A stretch of 64,000 nt of DNA from Squalus acanthias (Eukaryota): NCBI GenBank assembly GCA_030390025.1, contig CM059432.1, forward strand, positions 99,140,001 to 99,204,000, written 5' to 3'. The first letter of the stretch is position 1. Every line of letters starts with the position of its first letter. Below are positions 22,706 to 35,645 of the stretch, piece by piece. Both the position numbers and the translations under genes were made by a program. The notes under the pieces are model-generated. The model did not search any database, was not told where the DNA came from, and was given only the letters and a program-made list of their open reading frames with translations.

Positions 22706-22884
22706 ATACTGAGTATATGTACAACCAATAATCATGAATGTTGATGAATATGTTTGCGCCTATTTTACTTGACTGTAACATAAATTTGCCTCATTGGATT
22801 GTTTCATTGATGTAAGGCCATTGTCCACCATTGTGAACATTGAAGTACTTTTTACATGGTATTTGAATCCTCCTCCCACACCTG

Positions 22885-23235
22885 TTGGTCTCTCCCATCT
22901 ATTACTCCTGTCCTCACTGACCTATATTGGCTCCCAGTCCCCAAAACCTTCAATTTAAAATTCTCATAACCTAAGAACATAAGAAGTAGGAGCAGGAGTA
23001 GGCCATATGGCCCCTCGGGCCTGCTCCACCATTCAATAGGATCATGGCTAATCCGAACCTAGACTCACGTCCACTTCCCTGCCCGCTCCCCATAACCCTT
23101 AATTCCCTTATCAGCTAGGATGTTTAAATCCTTCACGGCCTTGCCCCTCCTTATCACTGTAACCTCCTTCAGCCCTACAAACCCACTCCAAACTCTCCAG
23201 TCTTCTGATTCTAGCCATTTGTGTATCCATTGCAC
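22885..23235. mobile_element. L2-like fragment (+) interrupted by a CR1 3' tail (-, ~22966-23115)
   Basis: ITPVLTDLYWLPV...QFKIL motif; AAGAACATAAGAAGTAGGAGCAGGAGTAGGCC tail. Confidence 0.7.
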
Positions 23236-23907
23236 ACCCCCCACCACCGCAACCCCACTCCCTCAACATGCCACCTTTATCCCGCTGCTAAATTTTCCTA
23301 AGTCCTTATACAGTAGAAAATAATAAATAGTTCACAAATCTGTGCTAAAGCTATGGGGGTGATTTCCCCCAGATAATTTAGATGCTAAAGAGTATTTGAG
23401 GTGGCCAAGATGGGGTATTAAGCTGCAACGCTGGTTTACCCAGTGTTTAGCCCAAGACGCCATCTTGGTAAAGGAGTTGAAGTGCGTAGACTCAGTGCCA
23501 GAAGGAACATTATGAGGCTGATTGACAATTAAATTGCCTGCTAGCGCTCATTAAAGAGGCTGCACGGCATTTTGGTGGGTAACGCTTCATTTAACGACCT
23601 CTCCTAACAGCGACCAGCTGAACAAGAGTACCAAGTCGTTTCCAACTATTTCAAGCGCTACTTAAAGCCATGCTCAGCTTTCACTGTTCACTTGCTGATG
23701 AGATCAACTAACTACACTGCATTTGAAGAGGACTTTTGAAACACATCGGGAGACTTTCTGGGACACTTTGTCAAGACTTCACCAACACTCTATCAATATT
23801 TTTCCCGGAAATTCTCTCAGAATTTCACCTAAAAATAGTGAGTGCTGTGCTACTCTACCTTATTGGACACCTTATAGGAATCATCAAGAGAAAGGGAGTG
23901 CTTGGTC

Positions 23908-25029
23908 ATGGGCATCTTGCTAAGGGTCCTCCTTGGTGGAGGAGATGAGGCAAGGCAGAGCAGCACCAGTGCTGCAGTAGAGAGGGACAAGAGGGCGAGA
24001 GGGTTCTCAGCAGGAGGCCCTACCCACCCAGGGTCTTCACATGATGCAAGACCAGTGCATGAGGAGGCTGCACTTTACCAAGGAGGTCGTCACAGAGATC
24101 TGTGGCCTCGTTGAACGAAGACTCAGATGTCACAGCACAGCCAGGACGGCATTGACTGTGGCAGCCAAGGTCACAGTGGCACTTAATTTTTATGCGACTG
24201 GAACCTTCCAGGCTACCACAGGTGATATAAGTCACATCTCTCAATCCTCTGTGCACTTCTGCATAAGGGAGGTCTTTGTGGCTCTATACACTCTGAGGAA
24301 TGACTACATATCATTCCCTATTTCCAGAGAAGACCAGAGGCAGAGAGCTCTAGGATTCAACAAGATTGTGGGATTCACCATGGTCCAGGGAGCCATTGAC
24401 TGTGCACATGTGGCCATGCGAGCCCCACAACGAAGGTGTTCAGGAACAGGAAGGGATTCCATTCCCTCAATGAGCAGCTTGTCTGCGACCACCAGCAGCA
24501 CATCGTGCAGGTGAATGCCTGCTATATAGGGAGCCACCATGATGTATTTATAATGAGGCAGTCACCTGTCCCACAGATCTTTGAGCCCCAGCAATGTGTG
24601 CATGGCTGACTAGTAGGTGACAAGGGATACCCTCTAATGCCATGACTCATGATTCCCCTGAGAAACCCCCAGACACCAGCTGAGCACTCATACAGTGAGA
24701 GTCACTCAGCTACCAGGAATATCATTGAGCAGATCATTGGGGTCCTCAAGCAGAGGTTTAGATGTCTTGACTGGTCAGGAGGTGCCCTGCAGTACATGGC
24801 CGAAAAGGTCTCCACATTCGTGGTGATTTGTTGCATGCTCCACTATCTGCCGATCATGAGAGACCAGCCGTTACCACCAGCAACTGTGCCAGAGGGTCCA
24901 GCTCAGGAGCCACAAGAGGAGGAAGAGGAGGAAGAGAAGGAGGACCAGGGGACGTACCAGAGGCTTCCAGGAAGACGGCCCACACATGAGAGGGATGCTC
25001 ACCATCATCTAATTGAAGGGCGTTGTTGA
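23908..25029 (+). pseudogene. Harbinger (HARBI1-like) DDE transposase, disrupted
   Basis: KVTVALNFYATG, GAIDCAHV, GDKGYP, IIEQIIGVLKQRFRCLD; frameshift and stop present. Confidence 0.92.
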
Positions 25030-25259
25030 GAGATGTGATCCACCATCAGACTCCAGAGCACTGGTGCCACATGATTTAATTTCGGATCCATCAGGCAGTC
25101 CATCATCTACACTCAATCCTTTAACCCCTTCCCCATGAAGATCATAATAGAAAAGGCCACCGATTCCACCACTACCCAATTACCATCATTACTCTTTATC
25201 TACATCAAAAACAAACAATGGAAACATGACACAACTGACAGCACTTACAAATATTAATC

Positions 25260-27010
25260 TATTCACCCTAGTGCTTACCCTTAGTGGCGATCTATAAGTG
25301 CTCTTGCCTAATCTGATGCTTCTATGAAGTGCAACCTGAGTGGCAGCAGCAGGCGAGGTGGATGGCTGCTGAGATTCTGAAGAGGGCAGTTCAGATGTCC
25401 TCCTGGGATGCCCTCGAGAGGCTGTGGGCCATGATGGCCCCGCCTCAGACTGCACCATCTCAGCATAACCTTCCGCAGTCTGGGCCGCCTGGCTGACAGG
25501 CAACTGGAAGGGCAATGGTGCCGTTGCACACATGGGAGCAGCAATGCTGGTATCCAGAGAGAGGCCAGTAGGTTCGTGTTCCATGATTCCCACGCCGCTA
25601 CCTCGGGGCCTCTGTTCAGCCCGCCCAGTGATCTGGTGGAGGACAGATCTCTGGCCATTGGAGATACTCTGCAAGCCCCTTTCAACTGAGGAGCCCAGAG
25701 CCACCATGGCAACTGCCTGAGCTTCCATTGCAGCACTTTGTCATTCCAGGTAAGCTGCAATGATTGCATCGGAAGCTGCAACCTTATTCATCAGACGCTG
25801 CTTGATGTCAGTCTCCACAGGCCACTGGCTAGAATTGGCCAGCTGGAGGCTCTGCATTAAGCCACGGACCAAGGTGGAGGTGGACTCCTCAATCCCTCTA
25901 GTCACAACCCATAAGTTTTCGGGCAGTCTCTCCATTGCACCAAGCACTTGGTTTGTCACACACTTCATCTGAAGCTTGGCCCTGCAAGGTCCTCATCTGC
26001 CTCCTCTACAGCAAAACTAGTATGCGGCCTGCGGTGTACCTTCCACCCTGCATGGCTGCTGCCCCCTAGTGCCTGGTGTGTCCCACTGAGAGGATTCCTC
26101 TTCTAACCCAGTCTCTAATTTACGCGTGGTGCCAGTTTCTGAGCTGGTGCCTGTAACAGTGGTAGCCATTGACACAGCGCATTCTTCCTCACTCTCCTCC
26201 TCCTCCTCTTCCTTCAGGGGGCAAGGTGACTGTTGCTCATCTTGAACTTGCTCCGGGGGCAAGGTGGATCTTGCTCCTGGCAGCCACAAATGATAAAGCT
26301 GGAAGGATTAGGGTGCAGTGCATGTGGTCATTGCAGGAGAATGTGTGTGATGAGACCATATGGAGCTTGGGAGTGAGGATAGCTTCAGGGGATTAGGGAT
26401 CAGGAATAGTTGTGCATCTATAAGGAAACTGGAGTGGGCACATACCTCGAGGCTATATGGCCCCATGCTCTGCCTCTGGCCACAGCATTTCCCACTCCCC
26501 TCCCGATCACGGCCAGCACTGCCTCCTCAAGAGGAGTATTCTCATGCAGATGTGGTTGACTCCCCTGGTCAGGTCCTGCTGCTGCCTGTTATGTGCTATT
26601 TTATTTCCTGGAACAAAATGTGGTGATTGTGAATGAGTGTATTGGCAGGTGTATTTGTGTGTGTGTGAAGAGCTGTGAGATATGTGTGAGCAGTGTCTGT
26701 AAAGGATGCAATAGTGTATGGTGTGTGAATGTCAGTGTATAGTTAAATTGTGGGTGAAGTATGTTGAGGTTGTCATGCTGGTGTGTTTGTGAGATGGGAT
26801 CTTACCTTGACCACTTGTGTCAAGTCATTAAATTTTGCGCAGCAGTGGAGCCATGGCCTTGGGTGATCTCCTCCCACATGCGCCACATTAGCTGTCTCTG
26901 TGGCCTCCTTCCCCCCTGTGGGTAGAGGACATCCCTCCTCCTCTGTACCTCCTCCACCACGACTGCATCGGAGGACCTGGGCACTCTTTCTCTATGTCTC
27001 TCAGACATCC
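25260..27010 (-). pseudogene. Harbinger Myb/SANT gene of element C, disrupted
   Basis: RERVPRSSD..VVEEVQRRRDVLYP...MWEEI; downstream acidic, S/T-rich and helical exon resembling elements A and B. Confidence 0.8.
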
Positions 27011-27292
27011 TTCCACGTTGGCTTCCCTCCCAGCCAGCACACTCCACATCTTCAGTGGAAATGGGTGAGGGCAGGCTATATGTACAACTCCAGGAAAATT
27101 GTGTCTAATCAGTGCTTGAGTGCTAAACCTGCAGTTGTCGGTTTCAGTGTCTGCAGGCACATTTAAATCATGATAATCATCAATTAGCCCAAAAAATGCC
27201 TGCTAAATCCACACTTACAAACAGGCGTTTCTTATTAGTACAGCACCCATTTGCCCAAAATAACCCCCTATGTTTTAATTATTCTTCAATTT

Positions 27293-27448
27293 GGCCCAGA
27301 ATTTCCTCAAAGCTGCTCCTGCTCCTCTGCTGTAACTTTGCTGGAATTGTGGCGGAAATTTCGCTTATGCACATAAATGGGGTTTCTGTCACACTTCCGG
27401 GGAAGTAATGTTGGCAGAGCAGAAGCAGCTCTGAGGAAATTCTAGGGC
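27293..27448. mobile_element. ~155-bp hairpin MITE, Harbinger-type ends
   Basis: AGAATTTCCTCAAAGCTGCTCCTGCTC vs reverse complement AGAATTTCCTCAGAGCTGCTTCTGCTC. Confidence 0.8.
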
Positions 27449-29084
27449 TATGTCTTTTATAATCCTTTCGTCATCATTCACAGAATTTGCTTGGCCTATC
27501 TAGTTTTCTTCTGAGATTCCAGTCAGACAATTATTTTTCAAAGGCTCCAGATCAAACTCAGTGATCTGAAAAAGAGAGGATGGTAAGTTCTCTGAAATAC
27601 TAACTGGAGTCATGCAGATTTTGAATAACTATCTTTTAAATTCAATAAAGCTACCTCCTGCTCTAAGTAATTATCTACCAAGAAGTTTAATTTCCTCTTT
27701 GTGCTATGTTTGACACATAGTTTAACTCTTGTAGATGCTATTTTAATGCACGATAAGAATAACACGCAATTAAATTAAGCCCCTAAAATTGATTAGCTAA
27801 CAGTAACAAATCACTTATAGATTACTTGGTTTTGTAAAGTGTGATTTCTAAATGTTTTATTTATACAGATATATATACCAACCAATCAAGTTTAGCTGTG
27901 CAGTTTCTGATAGTATTTAAGCGGCCTTTATAGCAATTACCAGTAGTAATTTATGGTCAATTGCTACAGTGATGGAAGGGGACCTCTGTTGAAAGCTCAA
28001 CCAATCTGTCGGAGCATGAGACTGACAGAAAGCATCCCATGTTCTAGCTGCATAGGTTTGCACCTAACATTCATAACTTGTTTAAGAACAACTCAGTGAA
28101 ATTGGAAGATATTCTTTTCCAATGTGTGATTTATAATTTGGTAATTATGGACAATCTTCCCAGATTGAGGATAGGTTGCCTGGTCGAACATAATGACTGA
28201 GGAGCAATTAATCACTTTATCTTCAGCACTATAGCAGTTCTTATGCTGTTGTGATATGAGGAATACATCTGGTGTGCTGGTTTTATATAATGTTAGATTG
28301 AAATAATAAAAACAGAATAACATCAATGGGCTGTAGAATTAGAAAATAAACCTCATCTGCTATCAATCAGTAACAAAAGCTATTCAACCACACTTTAAAT
28401 ATTTTCCCTTTTAAGATCACTGTGAGCTGCATGTATCAAATTCCTCACTCTGCTATTCTTATGAAAGTATTAACCTAAGCGTTCATGCCATCACAGTAAT
28501 TTGCAGGCTCTACACTTTCTTTTCAAAGTTTGTTAACTTGGTTACCAGAGACTAGACTGAGTCATCTGTCCACCCACTATACCATCATGACAATGTTACA
28601 TCATCTTTCAGTTTAACTGCTCTGGGATGAACAAATACAATGAATATGTTAATGTTCATCCTTGATCGACTGACTTATTCTGCCTGCAATTCTTACATTC
28701 TTACACTGGCAGGAGAGAATTTTACATCTATAATTACATTAAATAAAAGTTAATTGTTTAAAATACAAATATATATATTAATATTTTAAGATTGATGAGT
28801 AGGTTGTAAAATTTTGTTTCAAAATGCACTAAAACACCTATGTCAGGCTGTCTATGGCAAAATCCATTTTAAAAGTGTTAACATTTTGCAGCAGTACCTG
28901 TTATTCCTGTGGGTGCTGCTGTTTTAGATGATTTCAATGTTAACTTGTCACATAACATTAGTACCCACAACAATAGCACCTACAGTACACTGGTAAATTG
29001 GGTCAGCATCAATTTACCACTATGGCCATCAGACGGCTTTCCATTATTTTGTTCTGCTGTAGCCCAATCAACGTCACAAATAAC

Positions 29085-29453
29085 ATCCTCTGTGACTGTG
29101 ACCATGCTGCACTTTCCCTCTTTGTACATCTCAACCTCATTGCAGCCTTTAACATGGTAGACCACACCATCCTCCTTTAACGCCTCTCCAGCTCAGTGCG
29201 TCTGCTCTGACTTGGTTCCACTCTTCCCTATCCAATCATAGCCTGAACAATCTTGACATCCTATTCGACCCCGAGGTAAGCTTCTGACTCCATATTTTCT
29301 CCATCACAAAGATCTTCCATCTAGGAAACATCATTCACCTCCACTCCTGCCTCTGCCCATTTGCTGCTGAAATCCTAATTCACACTTTTGTCACCTCCAG
29401 ACTTGAGTATTCTAATGCTTTCCTGGCTGGTCTCCCATCCTCCAGTCACCATT
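29085..29453 (+). mobile_element. Degenerate L2 LINE fragment, resuming after the Tigger at ~31929
   Basis: AAEILIHTFVTSRLEYSNAFLAGLP motif. Confidence 0.75.
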
Positions 29454-29674
29454 TACAGGAAACTCTCGTTTAACCAGCACCTAAATATCCGGAATTCTCT
29501 ATTAACCGGCAAAAATCATACTCCGAAAACTCCTCTCAAATAACCGGCAATGTTGCCGAGTCCGAGTCTCCCGCGAACGCCGAGTTAGTCAGTGGGGGTA
29601 GTTCTCCAAAGTGCCACTACTTGGCTTCCTGGCGCTGTCGGAAGTCCGAACACTGCAATAACAGGAGTCTGATT

Positions 29675-29822
29675 CTCCCGCGCTGCCGGGAGTCTCTTCT
29701 GATTGGCCATTTTACTGTGTGTCTCCCGCGCTGCTGGTAGTCTCTTCTGATCCACCATTTTACTGTGTGTCTCCCACGCTGCTGGTAGTCTCTTCCTAGT
29801 CACCATTGTTCTGTGTGTCTCT
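29675..29822. repeat. ~48-bp tandem repeat, ~3 copies, in the Tigger 5' region
   Basis: TCTCCCRCGCTGCTGGTAGTCTCTTC...CCATTTTACTGTGTG repeated. Confidence 0.85.
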
Positions 29823-29859
29823 CCATCTTTATCGGGAATTATCTCCCCCATCTTGCATT

Positions 29860-31624
29860 ATGGAATTCCCAAAAGCTGGTCCAAGCAAAAGGAAGAGAGT
29901 GGTCTTAACTTTAAAGCAGAAAATCGAGATATGCCAATGACTAGAAAGGGGAGAGAAGCGTATCAACATTATGAATGAATTCAAAATCGGTTCGTCAACA
30001 ATCTACGACATCAAATCGCAGAAGGATAAGCTGCTCAAGTTTTATTCAAGCTCGGAGACATGTAAGAGTGTAGAGAAACGGCGTACGCTTCATAAGCCTA
30101 AGCTTGAAGAGCTGGATACCGTGCTTTATCAATGGTTTTCTCTTAAGCGTTCAGAGGGTGTTCCAATTTCCGGACCCATGCTAATCGAGAAAGCGAAGGA
30201 TTTCTACGAAAGGATGGAGCTCACTGACAAGTGTGCTTTCTCCGAGGGATGGCTAACGTGCTTCAAGTTACGGCATGGGATACGACGACTCGATATTTCC
30301 GGGGAGAAGAAATCAGCTGATCACGACGCCGCAGAAGAATACTGCGATTATTTCAATCGGATTGTGCAGCAACATGATTTGTCGCCAGCACAGATATATA
30401 ATGCCGATGAAACTGGCTTGTTTTGGAGGTTTTTGCCAGAATCAACGCTTGCTGGGGCTAGTGAGGCTAATGCTTCAGGTTACAAGAAAAATAAAGATCG
30501 TGTAACAGTGCTAACATGTGCGAACGCTGCTGGATCACACCGGGTTAAACTTCTTGTTATTGGGAAGTATAAAAATCCCCGTGCATTTAAAAATGTGAGG
30601 CACTTACCTGTTGAGTACGAAGCTCAAAAAAATGCTTGGATGGATAAGGAAATCTTCTCCGATTGGTTCCATCATATTTTTGTTCCATCTGTGAGGGAAC
30701 ATTTCCGTAAAATAGGGAAACGTGAAGATAGCAAATGCATTTTATTGCTTGATAATTGTTGAGCCCATCCGCATGAATCCGAGTTGGTTTCGGGAAATAT
30801 TTTCACCATTTATTTGCCACCAAATGTAACTTCTCTCATACAACCCATGGACCAGGGCGTTATCCAAAATCTGAAGTGTCATTACAAGAAAGACTTCCTA
30901 CGTAAACTGATAAGCCAAGATGACAATATTCACGCATTTCAGAAGGAATACAATTAAAGATGCCATCTATAATGTTGCATGTTCCTGGAACTTTGTGAAA
31001 GGTCACACTCTGAGGCAAGCCTGGCGCAAATTGTGGCCTTCTGTAATGTTTGCTGAAGGTTCTTCAGAGGAGGAGGAATTTCATGGGTCCAATGTTCGTC
31101 CCAAGAAGAGTACAATAATGGAAATGGCTGGCATGGTGAAAAATGCAGGCCCAGCAAACCCTTTACGTTACCTCAGTGAAAGTGATATCGAGCAGTGGGT
31201 TGATGCAGATAGAGAAGTTGGTGTTGTGCATATGCTAAGTGATGATGAAATAATTGAGAATGTTTTGAATCCAAAGAAAGAAAAGGAAAGTGAGATGGAA
31301 AGTGAAGAGGATGATATTTCTGAAGAGAACAAGATTTCTTGGGCTAAAGCTGCAGAAGGATTTTCTTCAATCCTCAAATTTGCTGAAAGGCAGACTTGCT
31401 ACTCTGCCCAAGAAATTATGCAACTCCATATTCTGCATTCCACGTTTCTACAGAAAAGGCAAGAGTCCACTAAGCAAACCGACATCCGCAACATGTTTAA
31501 GAAAGCTTCCAAAAGAGTCGAAGCAGCGGAAGTGCCTGAAGAATCTGTGGAATCTGTGGAACTGCATGTTCCTGATGACCCAGCTGGCACGGATATTCCT
31601 GATGAACCAGATGACTCGGAATAA
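29860..31624 (+). pseudogene. pogo-family (CENP-B/Jerky/TIGD-like) transposase, two stops and one frameshift
   Basis: KRKRVVLTLKQK, WF..KR...[32 protein letters not shown] at 29938 and 30760; frameshift near 30945. Confidence 0.93.
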
Positions 31625-33534
31625 GTGTACAGTCAACTACAGTACTGTATACAGTCGTTTATAAGTTTTGTTTTACTGTTAAGTAATTAAAGAGTTATGG
31701 ATTACCCTCAACTGGCAGTACTGTACTTAATCAAGCATCTTCCACCATCCATTTAACACAACTTTCTATAAGTGAGTACCCAAATACTGTATACTGCACA
31801 TTTCTTGATTTTTTTATTTTTGTTTTTAAAAATAGCCTCGGTAGATATAACTCTCCGTTATCCGGAATTTTTGTTCAACCGGCACCACCCCGGTCCCGTC
31901 GGTGCCGGATACCAAAGAGTTTCCTGTACTTCATTTTCTCCAAAACTCTGCTGCCCATAACTGATATTGCACCAGGTCTCACTCACTGGAAGAAGGTGAG
32001 AAGGAAGGGGCAACCTACTGCAGTATGGCCATGCATGATAAGCATTCAAAACCCTATAAAATTGTCTGGCTATTTTGCATAAGCAGCACAGAATGTGTCA
32101 CAGGTTGAGATAAATCGCTTTGTGGCATGCATACTTGGGCCATGCACTGGCTACAGAGAACTGTTGGGTAGCCTCACATTGGCAGTTTTCTTCAGGTTTG
32201 CTGTCTTATTTTGTATTTGTTTCTATGTTCTCTGGGCATTGAAGAATGCATTAGAGATGGTGAACACCTCCTCACAGGCATTTAAATAATGCTTCGATAG
32301 TCCAGTCAGGGGTCTGCAAGTAGCCCACTGTTTTGGTGCATAATAATTGATGCTAGCCTAGAATTTCAGATAGAAACAGCGTGCACAATACACTGCACAT
32401 GGTTCCTGGCAACTATTCCACTAGATTGAAATTTCTATCCCAAAAATTCTCCTTCCTCTAAAGATTTTGCTCCAAATCAGATGTCACTATCGAAATAATC
32501 GAATCTACTGTTGTGCCAAAAAGAAGAAGAAAGCAGTCCCAAGACTCTGTTCTCTGAAAGTATTTGCAGGATAAGTTTGGCTTTTTTTTAAAAAAGGAAG
32601 CCCAGGCACCCTGCCAGTTTGATTGATAGGTGATTTTAAAAGGCAGTATAATATTCCTCATTTCTTCAGATGCTCGTTGTTTTCTTTAAATTCTGCACTC
32701 ATTTTTAGTCTGGCACACTTCGAACCAAGTCCATACAATATGACTGACGGTGCAATGTGCAGACTACATAAGTGTTGCTTCACATGTGGCGAATTTCACT
32801 TTGAGAAAGAACTAGATGGTCGCTGGTGTCTGTACAACTGTACCTTTAGCGTGAGTCACCCTCCTCAAAGGATCAGGAGAGACGTTTCAAAGGGGGGGGA
32901 AAAAGAAAAGTAACTACAATTTGTTAATTAAGGATGAAAAATAGTAAGGGTACAGAATGATAAAATACAAACTGGGTTGCTGCAGATAACAACTTCTAAC
33001 TTCCTTGTACTGCCGACCTATGCCAAGCCTGTCTAGGCTGTGAGGGTATATTAGCCTTTCTCTCATAAATGTGGTTAATTGATTCCTTCTTGGGCTCAAA
33101 GCAATTTCTAGTAAGATCCCTAAAAATCTAATGGGTTGTTGTTAGGACAATTGGAACGGAAGCTCACATTCCTTTGATATTCTTCAACTAATCCCTTCTC
33201 TATCCTTTGTCACACATTCTTATTCACCTGTTAAATATGTTTCACAAATATTCATGAACTCTGCCAGGGGTTTGAGAAGTATTTTACCATATTTTTCATG
33301 TACTGACAGATCATTGAAATATTAGAGCTATTTCTTCATACATAGCCATTATGCATATATTAACTTGTTACATTTAATTTTCACATTGTTATAATGTATT
33401 TCGACAGTGCAACGAGCCTTTATATGACATTAATTTCAGTCACACATTTGTGTTTTAAAGGAATGTTTACTGCCTCTCTCCAGCCAATGCCATTTGTCTG
33501 CTGTTTGCCTGGTGCGCATTTTTAACCCTTCAAT

Positions 33535-34299
33535 GGCCCAGAAATTAAACATGGATGGTTCCCGCGGGGGTAAGGATTCCCCGCGATATCGCACTCCGCG
33601 CCTACCTTTTTGCTCCGGGCCCACACGAACTTTAGTTTCAAAGCCTCTCCCTGTTGCAACCGTGCAGTGCTTGCGTGTCCCAGAGGCGCAATTAGTTCGT
33701 GCGAGCTCTGGGATCACGTGATTCAGTTAGAACCAATGGCAGCACACCATCTTTCATTCATAGTTTTAACAGCAAGGGCTGTCAAAGCTATGAATACTAC
33801 AAACCCCCAAAAGAACAGCTAAACCTCAATTAAATTTAAAAAAAAAGCCATCACATTAATAAAATAAGTATAGTTAAATAAATTAACCACTTTAAACAAA
33901 AAATTAAATTTTTGAAAAATTTTAAAATCTTTTTAAAAGTTATAAAAATAAACTTACCTTTCTTTAAAGTCTCTAAAAAAGATAAACCTGTTGAAAAAAA
34001 TTTAAAGTAACACTTAATTAACTACTTACCTTGTTAAAAGGGGGTCCTACGCCTGCTTTCTTTATGTGTAAAATCTTCACCACTTACCTGCGCGTTCAAA
34101 GCTGAAAAAAAAACTAAGTGCACTGCGTGCGCGCAGCCTGTAGTGCGCACACGGTTCACTTAGGATCCGCCCCCTTTGCAATTCACGAAGTGCTGGTTTC
34201 CCGCGCATGCGCAGTGCATGCAGAAAACCGGCAATTCGGGATCTAATACGCGAGAGTACACAGTGCGTACTCTCGCGTATTAGGTTTAATTTTCGGGCC
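33535..34299. mobile_element. Harbinger-type MITE (765 bp)
   Basis: TIRs GGCCCAGAAATTAAAC / GGCCCGAAAATTAAAC; TSD AAT. Confidence 0.9.
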
Positions 34300-34372
34300 A
34301 ATATTTTAATTCAAAAAGCTTGAGGTTTACAGTTAAATCTCCATATATAATACACTTAGACACTTTAATGGG

Positions 34373-35645
34373 TGCTGTAGGGTAGTGGCTATGTTACATG
34401 TCTAGTAATCCAGAGACTTGGACTAATAATCCAGAAGTTCATGAGTTCAATTCCTACCATGGCAGTTTAAGAATCTGAATTAAGTTTAAAAGATCTAGAA
34501 ATAAAAAGCTGGTTAAAGTAAACATGAGCTGTTGGATTGTTGTCAACAATGAAGCCACTGACAGTGGATACAGAAATGGGTGTGGTTGTCTAGTCGTTAT
34601 GGTAATTGACCAGCAATCATAGAATCATAAAATGGTTACAGCACAGAAGGAGTCCATTCGGCCCATTGAGCATGTGCCGGCTCTCTGCAGAGCACTTAAG
34701 CTAGTCCACCTTTCCTGCCCTTTTCCCGTAGCCCTGCAAATTTCTTTCCTTCAGGTACTTATCCAATTCCCTTTTGAAAGCCACGATTGAATCTTCCTCC
34801 ACCACTCTTTCAGGCAGTGAATTCCAGATCCTAACCACTCGCTGCATAAAAATGTTTTTCCTCATGTCGCCTTTGGTTCTTCAGCCAATCACCTTAAATC
34901 TGTGTCCTCTGGTTCTCGACCCTTCCACCAATGGGAACAGTCTCTATCTACTGTCTAGACTCCTCATGATTTTGAATACCTCTATCAAATCTCCTCTCAA
35001 ACTTTTCTGCTCTAAGGAGAACAACCCCAGCTTCTCTAGTCTATCCATGCAGCTGAAGTCCCTCATCCCTGGAATCATTCTTGAAAATCTTTTCTGCACT
35101 GTCTCTAAGGCCTTCACATCCTTCCTAAAGTGTGTACCCAGAATTGGACACAATACTCCAGTTGATGTCATGTACTACAGAATGCAGGGATTACGAGTTC
35201 AACTTGATTCCAATAAATCAGGCACCAATATAAAAATGACTATGAAAGCTGCCAGATTTTTGGACTCCAGGGAAATCAAGGGATATGGAGATCAGGCGGG
35301 AAAGTGGACCTGATGTCGATGATCAGCCATGATCTTATTGAATGGCGGAGCAGGCTCGAGGGGCCGTATGGCCTACTCCTGCTCTTATTTCTTATGTTCT
35401 TATTCCCTTCAAAACTCAGCTGGTTCACAACTGTCCTTCAGGGAAGGGAACCTGCTCACCCTGCCCAGTTCAACCTAAACTTGACTCCCACCTCACCCTA
35501 TGTGGTTGACTCTCAATGAACTGACCCAGCAAGCTACTCAGTTATAAAACCAATCACTTTGATACACCATCATCTTCTCCAGGCTGCTAGGCATAGGCAA
35601 TAAATGCAGCTTTCCCAGCATTGCCCATGTCCCAAGAAAAAATAT
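34373..35645. mobile_element. tRNA-SINE pieces interleaved with CR1 fragments (34616-35165 on -, 35260-35402 on +)
   Basis: SINE head at ~34375 and tail at ~35410-35645; CR1 motif HFRKDVKALETVQKRFSRMIPG. Confidence 0.8.

Larger units (their letters stand above)
23355..27268. mobile_element. Full-length decayed two-gene Harbinger element C
   Basis: TIRs GGGGGTGATTT / GGGGGTTATTT; TSD TAT on both sides; transposase on +, Myb gene on -, convergent. Confidence 0.9.
29456..31926 (+). mobile_element. Full-length Tigger/pogo DNA transposon
   Basis: TIRs CAGGAAACTCTCGTTTAACCAGCACC / CAGGAAACTCTTTGGTATCCGGCACC; TA TSD on both sides. Confidence 0.95.

Noticed and set aside
23908..25029. Domesticated HARBI1 gene
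   Set aside because: It has a frameshift and stop and lies between TIRs with a TSD, so it is a transposon copy.
27500..27566. - strand terminal exon ITEFDLEPLKNNCLTGISEEN*
   Set aside because: Plausible acceptor only; no homology recognised and no upstream exon linked.
29860..31624. Host TIGD/JRK gene
   Set aside because: Flanked by TIRs and TA TSD, and disrupted.
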